64,000 nucleotides of DNA from an uncultured delta proteobacterium. Its GTDB lineage: Bacteria > Myxococcota_A > Polyangia > Polyangiales > Polyangiaceae. The stretch covers positions 128,001 to 192,000 of the forward strand of contig CAVOKF010000006.1 in the NCBI GenBank assembly GCA_963696385.1. The letters are read 5' to 3'. The notes beneath the pieces were generated by a model, which was not told where the DNA came from, did no database searches, and saw only the letters and a list, made by a program, of their open reading frames with translations. Every line of letters starts with the position of its first letter. Position 1 is the stretch's first letter. The position numbers and the translations under genes were made by a program. Positions 22,523 through 32,929 of this stretch are shown piece by piece.

Positions 22523-22701
22523 TGAGGTGGACCCCTTCGTTCGGACCAAAATGGTCGGCAGTTAAGGTAGGGCCTGCTCTCGTTCTTTCTCTCGCTCGCG
22601 GGATATCTAAAGTCAAATCGTAGTTGTTCTCGTCGTGAATTTCGTATCGGTCGTCGGTCGTCCACATAGACGTCCACGTGTCTGGTGGGAATTGAGGGGG
22701 G
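22523..22701. mobile_element. Solo end fragment of the IS3 at 3755
   Basis: Near-identical to about 3755-3928. Confidence 0.88.
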
Positions 22702-22758
22702 ACGCCGGACGTGGGCGGTCGAATCTCTTCGATCGCCGACGCCCACGCGAACTTCGCA

Positions 22759-24138
22759 CTACAAGTTTTGCAGTTGGATTCCGAGCTGCAACGAGTTGGC
22801 TACGGGTTGCGGCCCGCCGGACGAGCCACGATCGACGTGCTGGTAGGTGGCGACGACTCGGGCCATATAGCTCTTGATGACGAGGGCGAGCGCGCCGTCG
22901 AACACCGTCCACCCCGGATCGATGGCCTGTTGTAGCCTCACGAGCGGCTGCAGTTTTCCGATTCCGAGGTCGGGGGTCAAATAGCTGAGAAGGAGATAGA
23001 ACGAATCATGGGGCGCTTCGGCGACCACGCCGTCGGTCCCGATCAACGTCGATGACGCGCCGGTCACGTAGCCCGGGGCAAACGAGTATCCCTTGTTGAA
23101 GTTGTAAAATTGTCCTTCGACCGTGAACGTTCCGGAGTCGGTGGCCTCCTCCACGAGAGCGTCAGCCATGAAAAGGGCCGTGTCTTTCGGCGTCGCGGTC
23201 GTCGTATCGATGGAGCCTGACTTCTGGTACTGGGCGCCCAGTCCGATCGTCGCGACGCTTTTCGCGCCGTAATACGTGCTCGACCCAAAATAGCCGGGTT
23301 CGCTGCCTTGCAGGCTGTACGAGACGCGACCCGAAACATAGGGCTGCGTGCCGGGGCCGGACACGTCAATGCCATACACGCCAGCGTAGTACTTGAACTT
23401 GTCTTCGAACGCGTTGCCCCACAGGGTCACGCCTTGGTCGCGGCCGTTCGCGTTGTCCTTCGGCCCGAGTGGTGGACTTCCCGCGACGTAGAAGCCGGGA
23501 TAATTCCAGGGGCTCATGAAAAACGGTCCCGTGAAGTTCGAGCGATCGGAAGGAACGAGCAGGCGGCCGGCCCAGATGTTGAATTCCTTGATCGGCTGGT
23601 ATTGGGCAATGAGGTCCATGACCCCCACGGCGCCCTTTGCCGCCTCGAGGTCGGTGCCGACGACCAGTTCGCCGTTGAAGTTGGCGACCCAAGAAAATTG
23701 CTCGGTGACTTTCCCGTTGAAGCGTGCTTCGACCGTCGAGTCGTAGGCGTTGTCGAGGTGAACCTCCGTCATCTCCTTGGGCTTGTCGGGGTCTTGCAGG
23801 CGAAGCCCCGCGCGTACGCCAAAGCTGTAATTAATCTTGAACGGATTCGGGGCCGGCGGGGCCGGAGGCGGAGGAGGCATCGTCATCGCAGCGACCGGCG
23901 GCGGCGGTGGCGCCATCGGCGGTGGGGGCGGGGGCATCGCAGGCGGGGCCGGCGGCGCCTCGGCAGCGGGCGGTGCCGCAGCCATCGGGGGGGCCGCCAT
24001 ACTGCCCGCGTCCACGGCCGCTCCCACGGGGGCGGCGGCGGGAGACGTCTGGGCGAGCGCCGCCCCGGACAGCGTCACGACGGCGACCACAGACAAGACG
24101 GAATGTAAGATTGCAGATCCGGCTCTTCCTCGAAGCAT
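22759..24138 (-). CDS. Outer membrane porin-like protein with Pro/Ala-rich linker (candidate urea/amide porin)
   Basis: Signal peptide (..AALAQ), 'EFNIWAGRLLVPSDRSN', amphipathic strands, C-terminal LQLGIQLQ; next to the N-scavenging genes. Confidence 0.75.
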   Translation of the reverse strand: MLRGRAGSAILHSVLSVVAVVTLSGAALAQTSPAAAPVGAAVDAGSMAAPPMAAAPPAAEAPPAPPAMPPPPPPMAPPPPPVAAMTMPPPPPAPPAPNPFKINYSFGVRAGLRLQDPDKPKEMTEVHLDNAYDSTVEARFNGKVTEQFSWVANFNGELVVGTDLEAAKGAVGVMDLIAQYQPIKEFNIWAGRLLVPSDRSNFTGPFFMSPWNYPGFYVAGSPPLGPKDNANGRDQGVTLWGNAFEDKFKYYAGVYGIDVSGPGTQPYVSGRVSYSLQGSEPGYFGSSTYYGAKSVATIGLGAQYQKSGSIDTTTATPKDTALFMADALVEEATDSGTFTVEGQFYNFNKGYSFAPGYVTGASSTLIGTDGVVAEAPHDSFYLLLSYLTPDLGIGKLQPLVRLQQAIDPGWTVFDGALALVIKSYMARVVATYQHVDRGSSGGPQPVANSLQLGIQLQNL

Positions 24139-24168
24139 CCGACTCTCCTCTCGCAACACGTGATCTCC

Positions 24169-24250
24169 AATGCCCCGGCGCCGTGCCGACGCGATAAATG
24201 CCCCGGCGCTGCACCGACGCGATAAATGCCCCGGCGCTGTGCCGACGCGA
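24169..24250. repeat. Three 28 bp direct repeats just upstream of the porin RBS
   Basis: AATGCCCCGGCGC.G..CCGACGCGA at 24169, 24197 and 24225. Confidence 0.85.
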
Positions 24251-24474
24251 CGGCCGACCAGGGCCGACTCAGCCGTACTAATCGACGCGAGATGTCGTGG
24301 CGATTTCGTCTGGATAAACATTTGATGCATTCGCCGACTCGCCGGACGCGCTCTGCGCCCTTTGCGGCGATTGGCATCGGGAATTCTTTGCGTTATGGGT
24401 TTCCGGCACCGGGTAACGGGCTGCATACCGCAACGAAATCGCTTTGAAACACTTTGCCCGTTACGAGAATCGGC

Positions 24475-25158
24475 ATGGATTACGTGGCGGCAACGCCCTA
24501 TCCCTGGCCGTTCGACGGAGATCTTCGGCGCGACAACACGGCGCTCCTCGTCATCGACATGCAAACGGATTTCTGCGGCGTAGGCGGATACATCGACTTG
24601 CTGGGATACGACATTTCACTCACGCGCGCGTGCATCCAGCCGATTCGCCGCGTGCTTGGCGCATTCCGGGGGGCGGGGTATCCGGTTTTTCACACACGAG
24701 AGGGCCATCGACCCGACCTTTCCGATCTGCCGGCCAACAAGCAATGGCGGTCGCGTCGAACAAGCTCGGGAGTCGGAATAGGCGACAAGGGGCCGTGCGG
24801 GCGCGTTCTCGTCCGCGGCGAGCCCGGCTGGGACATCATCCCCGAGCTTGCCCCGAACGCAGGCGAGACGATCATCGACAAGCCCGGTAAGGGGAGCTTC
24901 TGCGCCACGGATTTCGAGCTCATTCTGCGGCTCCGAGGCATCCGCAATCTTGTTCTGACGGGCATTACGACGGACGTCTGCGTGCATACGACCATGCGGG
25001 AAGCCAACGACCGCGGGTTCGAATGCATGATTTTGCGCGACTGCTGTGCGGCCACCGATCTCGGCAATCACGAGGCTGCGTTGAAGATGGTTACGATGCA
25101 GCAAGGGGTATTCGGTGCGGTGAGCGAGTCGGCGGCCCTGCTCGACGTCTTGGTCTGA
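24475..25158 (+). CDS. biuH: Biuret hydrolase (isochorismatase-like cysteine hydrolase)
   Basis: [64 protein letters not shown], matching Rhizobium BiuH motifs as recalled. Confidence 0.85.
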   Translation: MDYVAATPYPWPFDGDLRRDNTALLVIDMQTDFCGVGGYIDLLGYDISLTRACIQPIRRVLGAFRGAGYPVFHTREGHRPDLSDLPANKQWRSRRTSSGVGIGDKGPCGRVLVRGEPGWDIIPELAPNAGETIIDKPGKGSFCATDFELILRLRGIRNLVLTGITTDVCVHTTMREANDRGFECMILRDCCAATDLGNHEAALKMVTMQQGVFGAVSESAALLDVLV

Positions 25159-25191
25159 GGCTTTTCCAACAGGCGCTCAAATTTACGCTGT

Positions 25192-25378
25192 CGTGAGGGT
25201 CCTCGTGATGGGAGGTCGTCGCGAGGGTCTTCGCTTCGTGATGGGAGGTCGTCGCGAGGGTCTTCGCTTCGTGATGGGAGATTTGTCGCGAGGGTCTTCC
25301 CTTCGTGATGGGAGGTCGTCGCGAGGGTCTTCGCTTCGTGATGGGAGATTTGTCGCGAGGGTCATCGTGATGGGAGCT
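25192..25378. repeat. About five 33-34 bp tandem repeats (CGCGAGGGTCTTCGCTTCGTGATGGGAG..GT)
   Basis: Read directly. Confidence 0.9.
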
Positions 25379-25578
25379 CGTGGTGGGAGATCGGGTCGCC
25401 GAGGATGCGGTGCTTACCTTTAACGTTGGCGCAATAGGACGGAAACACCGCGCCTTCTAGCGTGCCGAATCGATGCTTTGGCGCCACGTACAGCAGTGTT
25501 GCCAATCGGCTTTGCGGGCCTCCGAACAATGCCCCTTGTCCGGCGTCCGGTGGACTCAGGGGCCTGGAGGCGCCCACC

Positions 25579-26247
25579 ATGGTTAGCGTCATCGTCAACG
25601 CCGAGCCGCAGCCGGTATCGATCGACGTCGATCGCACGGCTCTCGTCATCATCGACATGCAACGCGATTTTCTCGAGCCCGGTGGGTTCGGCGAAGCCCT
25701 GGGCAACGACGTTTCGCGCTTGAACGCCGCCGTTGGGCCCTGCATGGCTTTACTCGAGAGCGCGCGGGACAACGGTCTGTTCGTCATTCACACGCGAGAG
25801 GGGCACCGCGCCGACATGGCCGACGCGCCGAAGGCGAAAGTCGAGCGCGGCGCCCCCTCGCTTCGGATCGGAGACAGCGGGCCCATGGGGAGAATTCTCA
25901 TCCGCGGCGAGCCGGGACACGACATCGTTCCCGATCTTTACCCGCGCCCGGGCGAGTCGGTGATCGACAAGCCTGGAAAGGGCGCGTTCTTTGCGACGGA
26001 CCTGCACCTGATTCTGCAGAATCGCGGTATCGAAAACCTGATCGTCTGCGGCGTCACGACCGAGGTGTGTGTGAACACCACCGTCCGCGAAGCCAACGAC
26101 CGGGGATACCGGTGCATTGTCCCGTCGGATTGCTGTGCGTCTTACTTTCAGGAGTTTCACGACGTCGCCCTGCGCATGATCAAGGCCCAGGGCGGGATTT
26201 TTGGATGGGTTTCGGACTCGGCCCGAGTCATCGAGGCGCTCTCGTGA
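25579..26247 (+). CDS. trtA: Triuret hydrolase
   Basis: DMQRDF.EPGGFG.ALGND, GPMGRIL, GVTTEVCV, CASYF.EFH, AQGGI.GW (TrtA-type residues); next to biuH. Confidence 0.8.
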   Translation: MVSVIVNAEPQPVSIDVDRTALVIIDMQRDFLEPGGFGEALGNDVSRLNAAVGPCMALLESARDNGLFVIHTREGHRADMADAPKAKVERGAPSLRIGDSGPMGRILIRGEPGHDIVPDLYPRPGESVIDKPGKGAFFATDLHLILQNRGIENLIVCGVTTEVCVNTTVREANDRGYRCIVPSDCCASYFQEFHDVALRMIKAQGGIFGWVSDSARVIEALS

Positions 26248-26296
26248 CCGACCCGAATCCCCGAGGTGAACGGCCCCAGCGCGAGGAGCAGATGCC

Positions 26297-27913
26297 ATGG
26301 CGACAGAGATGACCGCGGCGATTCCGGGTACAGCAGCGAAACCGAAGCTGTGGACTCCAGGCGACTGGAACGCCTACTTCGGCTTCGGAACCAACATCCT
26401 CGTCAATCTGCTCACGCTGACCGGGCTATTGAGATTCGTGCTGAAAATGCCGGATTCGCTGGTCTTCGGGCGAATCTTGCCCGCCACCGGTCTGATGATG
26501 TGCCTCAGCACGATGTACTACGCATGGCTCGCGTACCGGCTCGCTGCGCGAACGGGCCGCCGCGACGTCTGCGCCTTGCCGTCCGGCATCAGCGTGCCGC
26601 ACATGTTCGTCGTCACGTTCATCATCATGCTCCCGATCGCGGCCAAGACCGGAGATCCCGTCAAGGGTTGGGAGGCCGGGCTGACGTGGGTCTTCATCCA
26701 GAGCTTCGTGCTGATGGCTGGCGGGTTCATCGCTCCCTTCATTCGCCGGGTCACTCCGCGAGCGGCGCTGCTCGGTACCCTTGCCGGCGTTTCAATCGCG
26801 TTCATCTCGATGCGACCCGCGCTCGAGATGTTCATGACCCCGGTCGTGGCGATTCCCTGTTTTGCGATCATTCTGGCAAGCTGGTTTGGCGGGGTGCGGT
26901 ACTTCCGCGGGACGCCTGCAGGGCTCGTCGCCATTGCCGTCGGCACGGCGATCGCTTGGGCCTCCAGCGCTCTGGGACTGCACTACGGCGGGATGAATCT
27001 CGCCAATCTGACCGACGCGCTCTCGGGGTTCCATTTCGCGGTTCCCTTGCCCGCCGTCGATCACGTTTTCTCCGGCTTCCAATTCCTCGGAGTCATTCTG
27101 GTCACGGCCATTCCTTTCGGAATCTACGATCTGGTCGAGGCGATGGACAACGTCGAGAGCGCAGCCGTCGCGGGTGATTCGTTCCCGACGACGCGCGTGC
27201 TCACGGCCGACGGGGTCGTCAGCTTGATCGGCTGCCTGATGGGCAATCCGTTCATCAACGCCGTCTACATTGGCCATCCCGGCTGGAAGGCCATGGGAGG
27301 CCGTATCGGCTACTCCGCGGCGACCGGCCTCACGGTCATCATTCTCGCGTGGCTCGGGATCATCTCGGTCATGATGGCCGTCATTCCCGTGGTCGCCATC
27401 TCGCCGATCCTCTTGTACATTGGAATGCTCATCGGCTCGCAGGCGTTCCAAGAGACGCCGAAAAGCCATGCCCCCGCGATCGTGCTCGCCCTGACGCCCC
27501 ACGTCGCAGCGTGGGGCAAGTTGCAGATCGACAACGCATTGGGCGCGGCAGGGACCAACGCCTCGGCCGTGGGTCTCGACAAGCTCGGCCAAGTGGGAGT
27601 CCTGTATCACGGGCTCGCAGTCATGGGAGGGGGATCCATTCTTGGGGGGCTCGTGCTCGGCGCGATTGGGGTCTTCATCATCGAGCGCGAATTCATGAAG
27701 GCATCGACGTTCGCGCTCGTGGGCGCGATATTGACCTTCTTTGGCTTCATGCACGGCGAAGCCCTGGGCATCGGGCAAACTCCGACCGTCGCCCTCAGCT
27801 ACTTCGTGGTGGCCGGGATTCTCGCCGGATGCGGCAAGTTCGCTCACGTGACGCAAGGCGCCCCGTCGCACGCCGCGGTGGAGCACCAACCGATCCTCGA
27901 ACCAGGCGAATGA
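26297..27913 (+). CDS. NCS2/AzgA-like permease (candidate triuret/biuret importer)
   Basis: GDWNAYFG, ALPSGISVPHMF, DNVESA, VYIGHPGWKAMG; multiple TM segments. Confidence 0.8.
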   Translation: MATEMTAAIPGTAAKPKLWTPGDWNAYFGFGTNILVNLLTLTGLLRFVLKMPDSLVFGRILPATGLMMCLSTMYYAWLAYRLAARTGRRDVCALPSGISVPHMFVVTFIIMLPIAAKTGDPVKGWEAGLTWVFIQSFVLMAGGFIAPFIRRVTPRAALLGTLAGVSIAFISMRPALEMFMTPVVAIPCFAIILASWFGGVRYFRGTPAGLVAIAVGTAIAWASSALGLHYGGMNLANLTDALSGFHFAVPLPAVDHVFSGFQFLGVILVTAIPFGIYDLVEAMDNVESAAVAGDSFPTTRVLTADGVVSLIGCLMGNPFINAVYIGHPGWKAMGGRIGYSAATGLTVIILAWLGIISVMMAVIPVVAISPILLYIGMLIGSQAFQETPKSHAPAIVLALTPHVAAWGKLQIDNALGAAGTNASAVGLDKLGQVGVLYHGLAVMGGGSILGGLVLGAIGVFIIEREFMKASTFALVGAILTFFGFMHGEALGIGQTPTVALSYFVVAGILAGCGKFAHVTQGAPSHAAVEHQPILEPGE

Positions 27914-28019
27914 CATAAGTATACCGCCCCCAGAACAAAGGGATCCGTCGGGCGGTTTACTTCAATCGCCGGGATGCGATGGGGGGGGTTGGGGCGAAGC
28001 CCCAAGGAAAATCATCTTA

Positions 28020-28119
28020 GGCGCCGTCCGTAAATAATGGAACGGATTGGGCGCGCGCCGATAGACCTTCCTCGATACGGGAGAGCGAGATTACAGGTCC
28101 GTAATTCATGGACGACGCC
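28020..28119 (+). mobile_element. MITE-C copy 2 (TTA duplication)
   Basis: Near-identical to 22369-22468; TTA on both sides. Confidence 0.8.
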
Positions 28120-28340
28120 TTAGTACGGCGCCAGCCTGCAAAGCAGGCGTACCCCAGCGAAGCTGGGACGTTCAACGGGGCGCCAGGGTTCTTGCGACGT
28201 AATTTCGAGTTAGGACGGCGGACGGTAAAACAAGGGGGATCGTGAATCGGCGGCGCCCCGGTTGATTGTGGGAATTTTTCGAGCGGCGCGAGCGGATCGG
28301 GAGAGCGAGATTACAGGTCCGTAATTCATGGACGACGCCT

Positions 28341-28410
28341 TAGTACGGCGCCAGCCTGCAAAGCAGACGTACCCCAGCGAAGCTGGGACGTTCAACGGGG
28401 CGCTGTACTA
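28341..28410. mobile_element. MITE-D (TAGTACGGCGCC...GGCGCTGTACTA); truncated copy at 28121-28184
   Basis: Terminal IR with TA ends; 28078-28183 is repeated at 28298-28403. Confidence 0.6.
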
Positions 28411-28604
28411 AGGTTTTGCGCACGAGATCGTCGGACAGTTCGGCAGGTGGCTTGGGCAAGCCGTCGCCAGCGTGGCCGTTTATACGGCCCAGGTTTTGCG
28501 CACGAGATCGTCGGACAGTTCGGCAGGTGGCTTGGGCAAGCCGTCGCCGGCGTTGCCGTTACACGGCCAAATGTTTGCGCACGAGATCGTCGGACAGTTC
28601 GGCC
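28411..28604. repeat. ~80 bp tandem repeat (about 2.4 copies) containing the urtE 3' end
   Basis: TTTGCGCACGAGATCGTCGGACAGTTCGGC occurs three times. Confidence 0.85.
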
Positions 28605-29251
28605 ATTTTTCCCGAGGCCACGACCGTTCCGCGATCCATCAAGAAAAACTGTTCGGCGGTCCGGCGTGCGAACGGGAGCTTCTGCTCGATGAGCAGCACG
28701 GAGACGTTCTCTTCGGTGTAGAGGCGCCGAATGACGTCGCCGATCTCGTGGACGATGTTCGGCTGGATCCCCTCGGTCGGCTCGTCCATGAGTACGCATT
28801 TGGGTTGCAGCGTCAGCGCGCGTGCGATGGCAAGCTGCTGTTGCTGCCCGCCCGACAGGTCGCCGCCCCGTCGACGCATCATGGCGCGCAGCACCGGGAA
28901 GAGGCGAAAGACGAGATCGGGAATGTCGCGAGATCGCCCACGCGCGAGCGTGCCGACGCGAAGATTCTCTTCGACGGTCAAGTCGGGAAAGATCTCGCGC
29001 CCCTGGGGGACGTAGCCGATGCCCACACGCGCCCGCTCGCTCGGATCGGCGCCCACGAGCTCGCGACCGTCGAATCGCACGCTGCCCGAGCGTATCGCGA
29101 CGGTCCCCATGATGGCCCGCAAGAGCGTCGTCTTGCCGACGCCGTTGCGTCCCATGACGCAGGTGCACGACCTGTCCGGAACCGTGAGCGTCGTGCCGCG
29201 AAGCGTATGGCTCCCACCGTAGTATTGATTGACCTCGCGAGCTTCCAGCAC
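28559..29251 (-). CDS. urtE: Urea ABC transporter ATPase
   Basis: YYGGSH, GRNGVGKT, LSGGQQQQLAI, DEPTEGIQP. Confidence 0.92.
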   Translation of the reverse strand: MLEAREVNQYYGGSHTLRGTTLTVPDRSCTCVMGRNGVGKTTLLRAIMGTVAIRSGSVRFDGRELVGADPSERARVGIGYVPQGREIFPDLTVEENLRVGTLARGRSRDIPDLVFRLFPVLRAMMRRRGGDLSGGQQQQLAIARALTLQPKCVLMDEPTEGIQPNIVHEIGDVIRRLYTEENVSVLLIEQKLPFARRTAEQFFLMDRGTVVASGKMAELSDDLVRKHLAV

Positions 29252-29252
29252 G

Positions 29253-29987
29253 TCATGCCCCCAGGTAGACTTCGACCACGCGCGGGTCGCTCTGCACCTC
29301 TTGCATCGAACCTTGCGCCAGCACGCGCCCCTCGTGCAAGACGGTGACCGTCGTCGCGATGCTGCGAACGAAGTCCATGTCGTGTTCCACGACGACGACG
29401 GTGTGCTTGCCGGCGAGTGAGGCCAAAATTTCCTCCGTACGCTCGATTTCCTGCTGAGTCATTCCCGCGACGGGCTCGTCGACGAGCAGCAGCTGCGGCC
29501 GTTGAACCAGCAGCATGCCGATCTCGAGCCATTGCTTTTGACCGTGCGACAAGAGACCGGCCACTCGGTCGCGATGCTCGGTCAGCCCGGTAAGCTCCAA
29601 CGTCCGTTCGATGGCGAGCCGCTCCTCGGCGGACAACCGCGCGAACAACGTTCGCACGACGCGTTTGCTGCCGTGAGTCGTAAGCTCGAGATTTTCGAAC
29701 ACCGTATGGTTGGGAAATACGGTGGGCCGCTGAAACTTGCGACCGATGCCGAGGTTCACGATCGTGTGCTCCGAGAGCCGCGTGAGGTCGCGCCCGTCGA
29801 AGCGCACGCTGCCCGAGGTGGGTCGCGTCTTTCCTGTGATGACGTCCATGAGCGTCGTCTTGCCGGCGCCGTTCGGCCCGACGATGCAGCGAAGCTCTCC
29901 CGCCTCGAGCGACAGGGTGAGCTCATCGAGCGCCCGGAACCCGTCGAAGCGTACGGTCACCTTGTCCACTTCCAAGAGCGCGGTCAT
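29253..29987 (-). CDS. urtD: Urea ABC transporter ATPase
   Basis: FDGFRAL, GPNGAGKT, GIGRKFQ, LSHGQKQWLEIGM. Confidence 0.92.
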   Translation of the reverse strand: MTALLEVDKVTVRFDGFRALDELTLSLEAGELRCIVGPNGAGKTTLMDVITGKTRPTSGSVRFDGRDLTRLSEHTIVNLGIGRKFQRPTVFPNHTVFENLELTTHGSKRVVRTLFARLSAEERLAIERTLELTGLTEHRDRVAGLLSHGQKQWLEIGMLLVQRPQLLLVDEPVAGMTQQEIERTEEILASLAGKHTVVVVEHDMDFVRSIATTVTVLHEGRVLAQGSMQEVQSDPRVVEVYLGA

Positions 29988-31258
29988 GGCCGCGGCTCCT
30001 GATGGACCGGCCCGCCCCCGACCGTTGGGGTCGGGACCGGTCCCTCGGGCTTCGATCCCGTACGCCGAAGCCTTCCGACAAGGCTGCCGCGAGCGCGGGC
30101 GAGGGCGGCGAACACGTCTACGATCCCGCCGGGCAGGAGCAACGTGACGAACACGAAGAGCCCGCCCAGCACGAAGAGCCACGCCGTCGGGAACGTCGCC
30201 GTGAGCCAGCTCTTCAATCCGTTGACGAGAAGAGCCCCGACGATGGCTCCGGCCAGGGTGCCACGGCCGCCCACCGCGACCCAGATGGCGATTTCCACCG
30301 AGTTCGACGGTTGCATTTCGCTCGGGTTGATGATGCCCACCTGGGGCACGTAGAGCGCGCCTGCGATCCCGCAGATCACGGCCGAGAGCGTCCAGATGAA
30401 GAGCTTGTACGCCACGGGGTCGTACCCGCAGAAGCGCACCTTCGCCTCGACGTCCCGCATCGCCGTCAGCACGCGCCCGGCCCGGGATCCGACGACGGCG
30501 CGGGCGAGCAGAACGGTGAGCGCGAGCGCCACGCCGCTGGCCGAGCACAGCACGGCCTTGGTGGAGGGATCGCGCAGCGAGTAGCCGAGGATCCTCTTGA
30601 AATCGGTGAGACCGTTGTTTCCGCCGAACCCCGTCGCATTTCGAAAGAACAGCAGCATCGCCGCGTAGGTGAGGGCCTGCGTGACGATCGAAAAGTAGAC
30701 GCCGCCGATCCGGGACCGGAACGCGAAGAACCCGAACACGTAGGCGAGGATGCCAGGGGCCAGAAGCACCATCAGCGCCGCGAACCCGAAGTGCTCGAAC
30801 CCGTGCCAGTACCAGGGCAGCTCTTTCCAATCGAGGAACACCATGAAGTCCGGCAGGGCGCTCCGATAGTTTCCCTCGGTCCCGATGGCGCGCATCAGGT
30901 ACATGCCCATCGCGTAGCCTCCGAGCGCGAAGAACAGGCCGTGGCACAGGCTCAGGATGCCCGCGTAACCCCACGCGAGATCCATCGCGACCGCCACGAT
31001 GGCGTACGTGGTGAGCTTGCCCATGAGAGAGACGAAGTACTCGGAAGCGTGCAGGGCACTCGACTCGGGGGGCACGACGTTCAACAGCGGGACGACGACG
31101 CCCGCGAACAAGCACGTGGCCGCGACGACGCCGACCTCCCACGCGGGTCTCCCGCGCTTCGAAAGGGGAGGAGGCATCGTCACCTGCCCACCATCCTCGA
31201 GAAGAGCGCTCGCGGCTCGACGCGCCTTTGGAGGCGGCGGCGGAACCGACGCGGTCAC
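29984..31258 (-). CDS. urtC: Urea ABC transporter permease
   Basis: LPDFMVFLDWKELPWYW, GVYFSIVTQA, GGNNGLTDFK. Confidence 0.9.
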   Translation of the reverse strand: MTASVPPPPPKARRAASALLEDGGQVTMPPPLSKRGRPAWEVGVVAATCLFAGVVVPLLNVVPPESSALHASEYFVSLMGKLTTYAIVAVAMDLAWGYAGILSLCHGLFFALGGYAMGMYLMRAIGTEGNYRSALPDFMVFLDWKELPWYWHGFEHFGFAALMVLLAPGILAYVFGFFAFRSRIGGVYFSIVTQALTYAAMLLFFRNATGFGGNNGLTDFKRILGYSLRDPSTKAVLCSASGVALALTVLLARAVVGSRAGRVLTAMRDVEAKVRFCGYDPVAYKLFIWTLSAVICGIAGALYVPQVGIINPSEMQPSNSVEIAIWVAVGGRGTLAGAIVGALLVNGLKSWLTATFPTAWLFVLGGLFVFVTLLLPGGIVDVFAALARARGSLVGRLRRTGSKPEGPVPTPTVGGGPVHQEPRP

Positions 31259-32904
31259 GTGCCCTCCAGTCCGCGTCCGCGTGGAGCGAACAGCCCTTGC
31301 GGTCGCTTCTGGATGACCAGGATCACGGCGACCAACACCACGATCTTGCCGAGAACGGCCCCCGCGATGGGCTCGAGGACCTTGTTGAGGATCCCGAGCG
31401 AGAACGCTGCGACGACGCATCCGACCAGTTTGCCGACGCCGCCCAGCACGACCACCAGAAAGGAGTCGACGATGTAGCTCTGCCCGAGCTCGGGGCCGAC
31501 GTTTCCAAGCTGCGCGAGGGCAACCCCTCCGAGACCCCCGACCCCCGATCCGAGCGCGAACGTCCAGGTGTCCACGCGCCGCGTGGCAATCCCCATGCAG
31601 GCGGCCATCGGCCGGTTCTGCGTGACGGCGCGAACCCGCAATCCGAGCGACGTACCCCGGAGCATGTACGACACGAAGCCGACGACGACGATGGTGAAAA
31701 GAACGACGGCGACTCGGTTGTACGGAATCACCACGTCCTCGAAGACCTCGGTGCCGCCCGCGAGCCAATGCGGGTTTTCGACGGCGACGTTCTGGGGCCC
31801 GAAGATCGAGCGAACGGTCTGGATCAGGAGCAGGCTCAACCCGTAGGTCGCGAGCAGCGTCTCGAGCGGGCGCCCGTACAGGAAGCGGATGACGGAGCGT
31901 TCGAGAAGGGCGCCGACCCCCATGCACGTGAGGAGGGCCACGGGAACGGCGAAGACCAGATACAGCGACTGGTACTGCGGCAGATGAGCGTGAAAGAACG
32001 TTTGGGTCTCGAACGTCGCATAGGCCCCGAGCATCAGCATTTCGCCGTGCGCCATGTTGATGACGCGCATGAGCCCGAATGTGATGGCAAGACCGAGGGC
32101 GGAGAGAAGCAGGATGCTGCCCGTGCTCAGGCCGTAGAGGAGGTCTGCGGCGCCGTCGACCATGAATTGCTTTCGGGCAAGCGATCCAAGCGCGCTCGCC
32201 GCGGCGGTCCGCACCCGCGCGTCCGGCTCGGCGAACGAGCCGTCGTCGAGTTTGGCCGAGAGCCCCTCGAGCGTCGAGCGGAAGCGGATGGATCCCGAGG
32301 CCTGGATGGCGGCAATCGCGCCGAGCCGCCGCTCCGGATCGTGGCTCGCCAGGTCGAGTTCGGCGAGCGTGGAGACGAGAGCTCGGCGCACGGCGGCGAC
32401 CTTCTCGCGCGAAAGCGCGGAGCGCATGGCCGGCACGTCGTCCTCGTTCGAGCGATTGGCCAGGGTCGCCACGGCGGCCAGCCGGACTTCGGGTGCAGGC
32501 GCATCGAGTTCGAGCCGCGCGATGATCGGATCGAGCGCTCGCCGGACTTCGTTGTCCATCGTCGGCGGGGAACCGGCGCCTTCGACGGCTTCACCCGTGA
32601 CGGCATCGTGCCAGACGCCCCTGCCGTCGCGCACGCCCACTTTTGCGTGGTCCACGATGACGACGCTGCCGTCGCGCAGCGCTTCGAGCAGACCGAGCGC
32701 GCGCGGATCCCCACTGGCGCCGATCGCTTGCGCGGCGCGGGCGACGGCGTCGCCCGAGGGCGCTGCCAGGGCGCTCACCGCCGCGGCGAAGTCGCTTCCT
32801 TCGGCCCGCGCGAGAGGGCCTGCGAGCAGCCACGCCGCGGCCACCACGAGGCCCAGCAAGGGCGCGCCTCGGTGGGGTCGCGGCGGTGCGGCGTTTCGCG
32901 TCAT
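31255..32904 (-). CDS. urtB: Urea ABC transporter permease with HEAT-like N-terminal region
   Basis: GLAITFGLMRVINMAHGE, RPLETLLAT, YIVDSFLVVV. Confidence 0.9.
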   Translation of the reverse strand: MTRNAAPPRPHRGAPLLGLVVAAAWLLAGPLARAEGSDFAAAVSALAAPSGDAVARAAQAIGASGDPRALGLLEALRDGSVVIVDHAKVGVRDGRGVWHDAVTGEAVEGAGSPPTMDNEVRRALDPIIARLELDAPAPEVRLAAVATLANRSNEDDVPAMRSALSREKVAAVRRALVSTLAELDLASHDPERRLGAIAAIQASGSIRFRSTLEGLSAKLDDGSFAEPDARVRTAAASALGSLARKQFMVDGAADLLYGLSTGSILLLSALGLAITFGLMRVINMAHGEMLMLGAYATFETQTFFHAHLPQYQSLYLVFAVPVALLTCMGVGALLERSVIRFLYGRPLETLLATYGLSLLLIQTVRSIFGPQNVAVENPHWLAGGTEVFEDVVIPYNRVAVVLFTIVVVGFVSYMLRGTSLGLRVRAVTQNRPMAACMGIATRRVDTWTFALGSGVGGLGGVALAQLGNVGPELGQSYIVDSFLVVVLGGVGKLVGCVVAAFSLGILNKVLEPIAGAVLGKIVVLVAVILVIQKRPQGLFAPRGRGLEGT

Positions 32905-32929
32905 GGGGTCCGAATCGCTGCTCCGAGGG

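Noticed and set aside
24250..24474. Guanidine riboswitch or sigma54 site in the porin/biuH spacer
   Set aside because: No recognisable motif or correct GG-N10-GC consensus found by eye; a covariance-model search would be needed.
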